Shown: in pieces, positions 63,601-64,000 of the stretch | Position numbering within the stretch: position 1 is the stretch's first letter | Layout of the letters: each line of letters starts with the position of its first letter | DNA from: Protoeuglena noctilucae | Lineage: Eukaryota | Reading direction: 5' to 3' | Length of the DNA: 64,000 nt | Assembly (NCBI GenBank): GCA_958009085.1 | Contig: OY253674.1 | Location: 620,001 to 684,000 of the forward strand | The notes under the pieces: model-generated | What the model was told of the DNA's origin: nothing | The model's input: the letters and a program-made list of their open reading frames with translations, nothing else | Database searches by the model: none | Position numbers and translations under genes: made by a program

Positions 63601-64000
63601 GGTGCAGTGGCGTCTCACACGGACGGAAAGGCACCCACACGCACCCATGCCTGGCATTCCAGGGTCACGCACCTGATGTCCGTGGGCTTCGAGCACGCGA
63701 GCTGAAGGGTCAGGTAGTCGCTGTGGCAGGGACGCCACTCGCGAGGGTCTGCCATCGCGCCGCGAAAGTGCCACACCTCCACCAGCCCCTCGCACGACGC
63801 CGCCGCCAGAAACTCCGCGTCCTGGCTGAGGCTCACGGCCGAGACGGGGAGGTTGAGGAAGAGGGTGTCGATGTGCGCGAGAGGCGACAGGGAGGGCAGG
63901 GCGATGGCTGGGCCGTGGCGTGCTGGGAGGTCTGCCCTGCTCATCGCATGCGGCTCGGGTGCTTTGGCTCGAGTGGGACCCAGCGTCGCATGGAAGCAAT
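60661..64000 (-). CDS. Hypothetical multi-exon protein with a WD40-like repeat; 5' end outside the window
   Basis: WD40-like segment PVSAVSLSQDAEFLAAASCEGLVEVWHF. A chain of minus-strand exons with splice sites ends LHLSTGLVVPV*. Confidence 0.5.

Noticed and set aside
1..64000. Introner-like repetitive intron family or transposons
   Set aside because: Introns share only donor and acceptor consensus by eye, and no transposase, reverse transcriptase or terminal repeats were recognised. An all-vs-all intron alignment would be needed to exclude this fully.

Overview
GC-rich, gene-dense eukaryotic nuclear DNA with many short spliceosomal introns (~80-200 nt). It is very probably a green alga, given nuclear-encoded plastid proteins with transit-like N-termini (Cpn20, CHLI2, ATP/ADP translocase, TrpA, BT1 folate transporter, ARP endonuclease). 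I assembled about 20 protein genes by hand from splice sites, so exon boundaries and some starts are approximate. The standout is a minus-strand gene model at 17693-22669 whose phase-consistent exons join an RG-rich N-terminus, a CMTR1-like cap 2'-O-methyltransferase, a G-patch and an intact CDK9/CDKC-like kinase in one reading frame. Other notable items are recurrent GC-AG introns (at least 8), a cyanobacterial-type M23 peptidoglycan peptidase, a Tudor + double-AP2 gene with a 1-nt frameshift, a DUF866 protein lacking both CXXC motifs, a methyltransferase with CCCH/CCHC fingers, and a ~15 kb locus with no recognisable domain. No rRNA, tRNA, CRISPR array or transposon was recognised.
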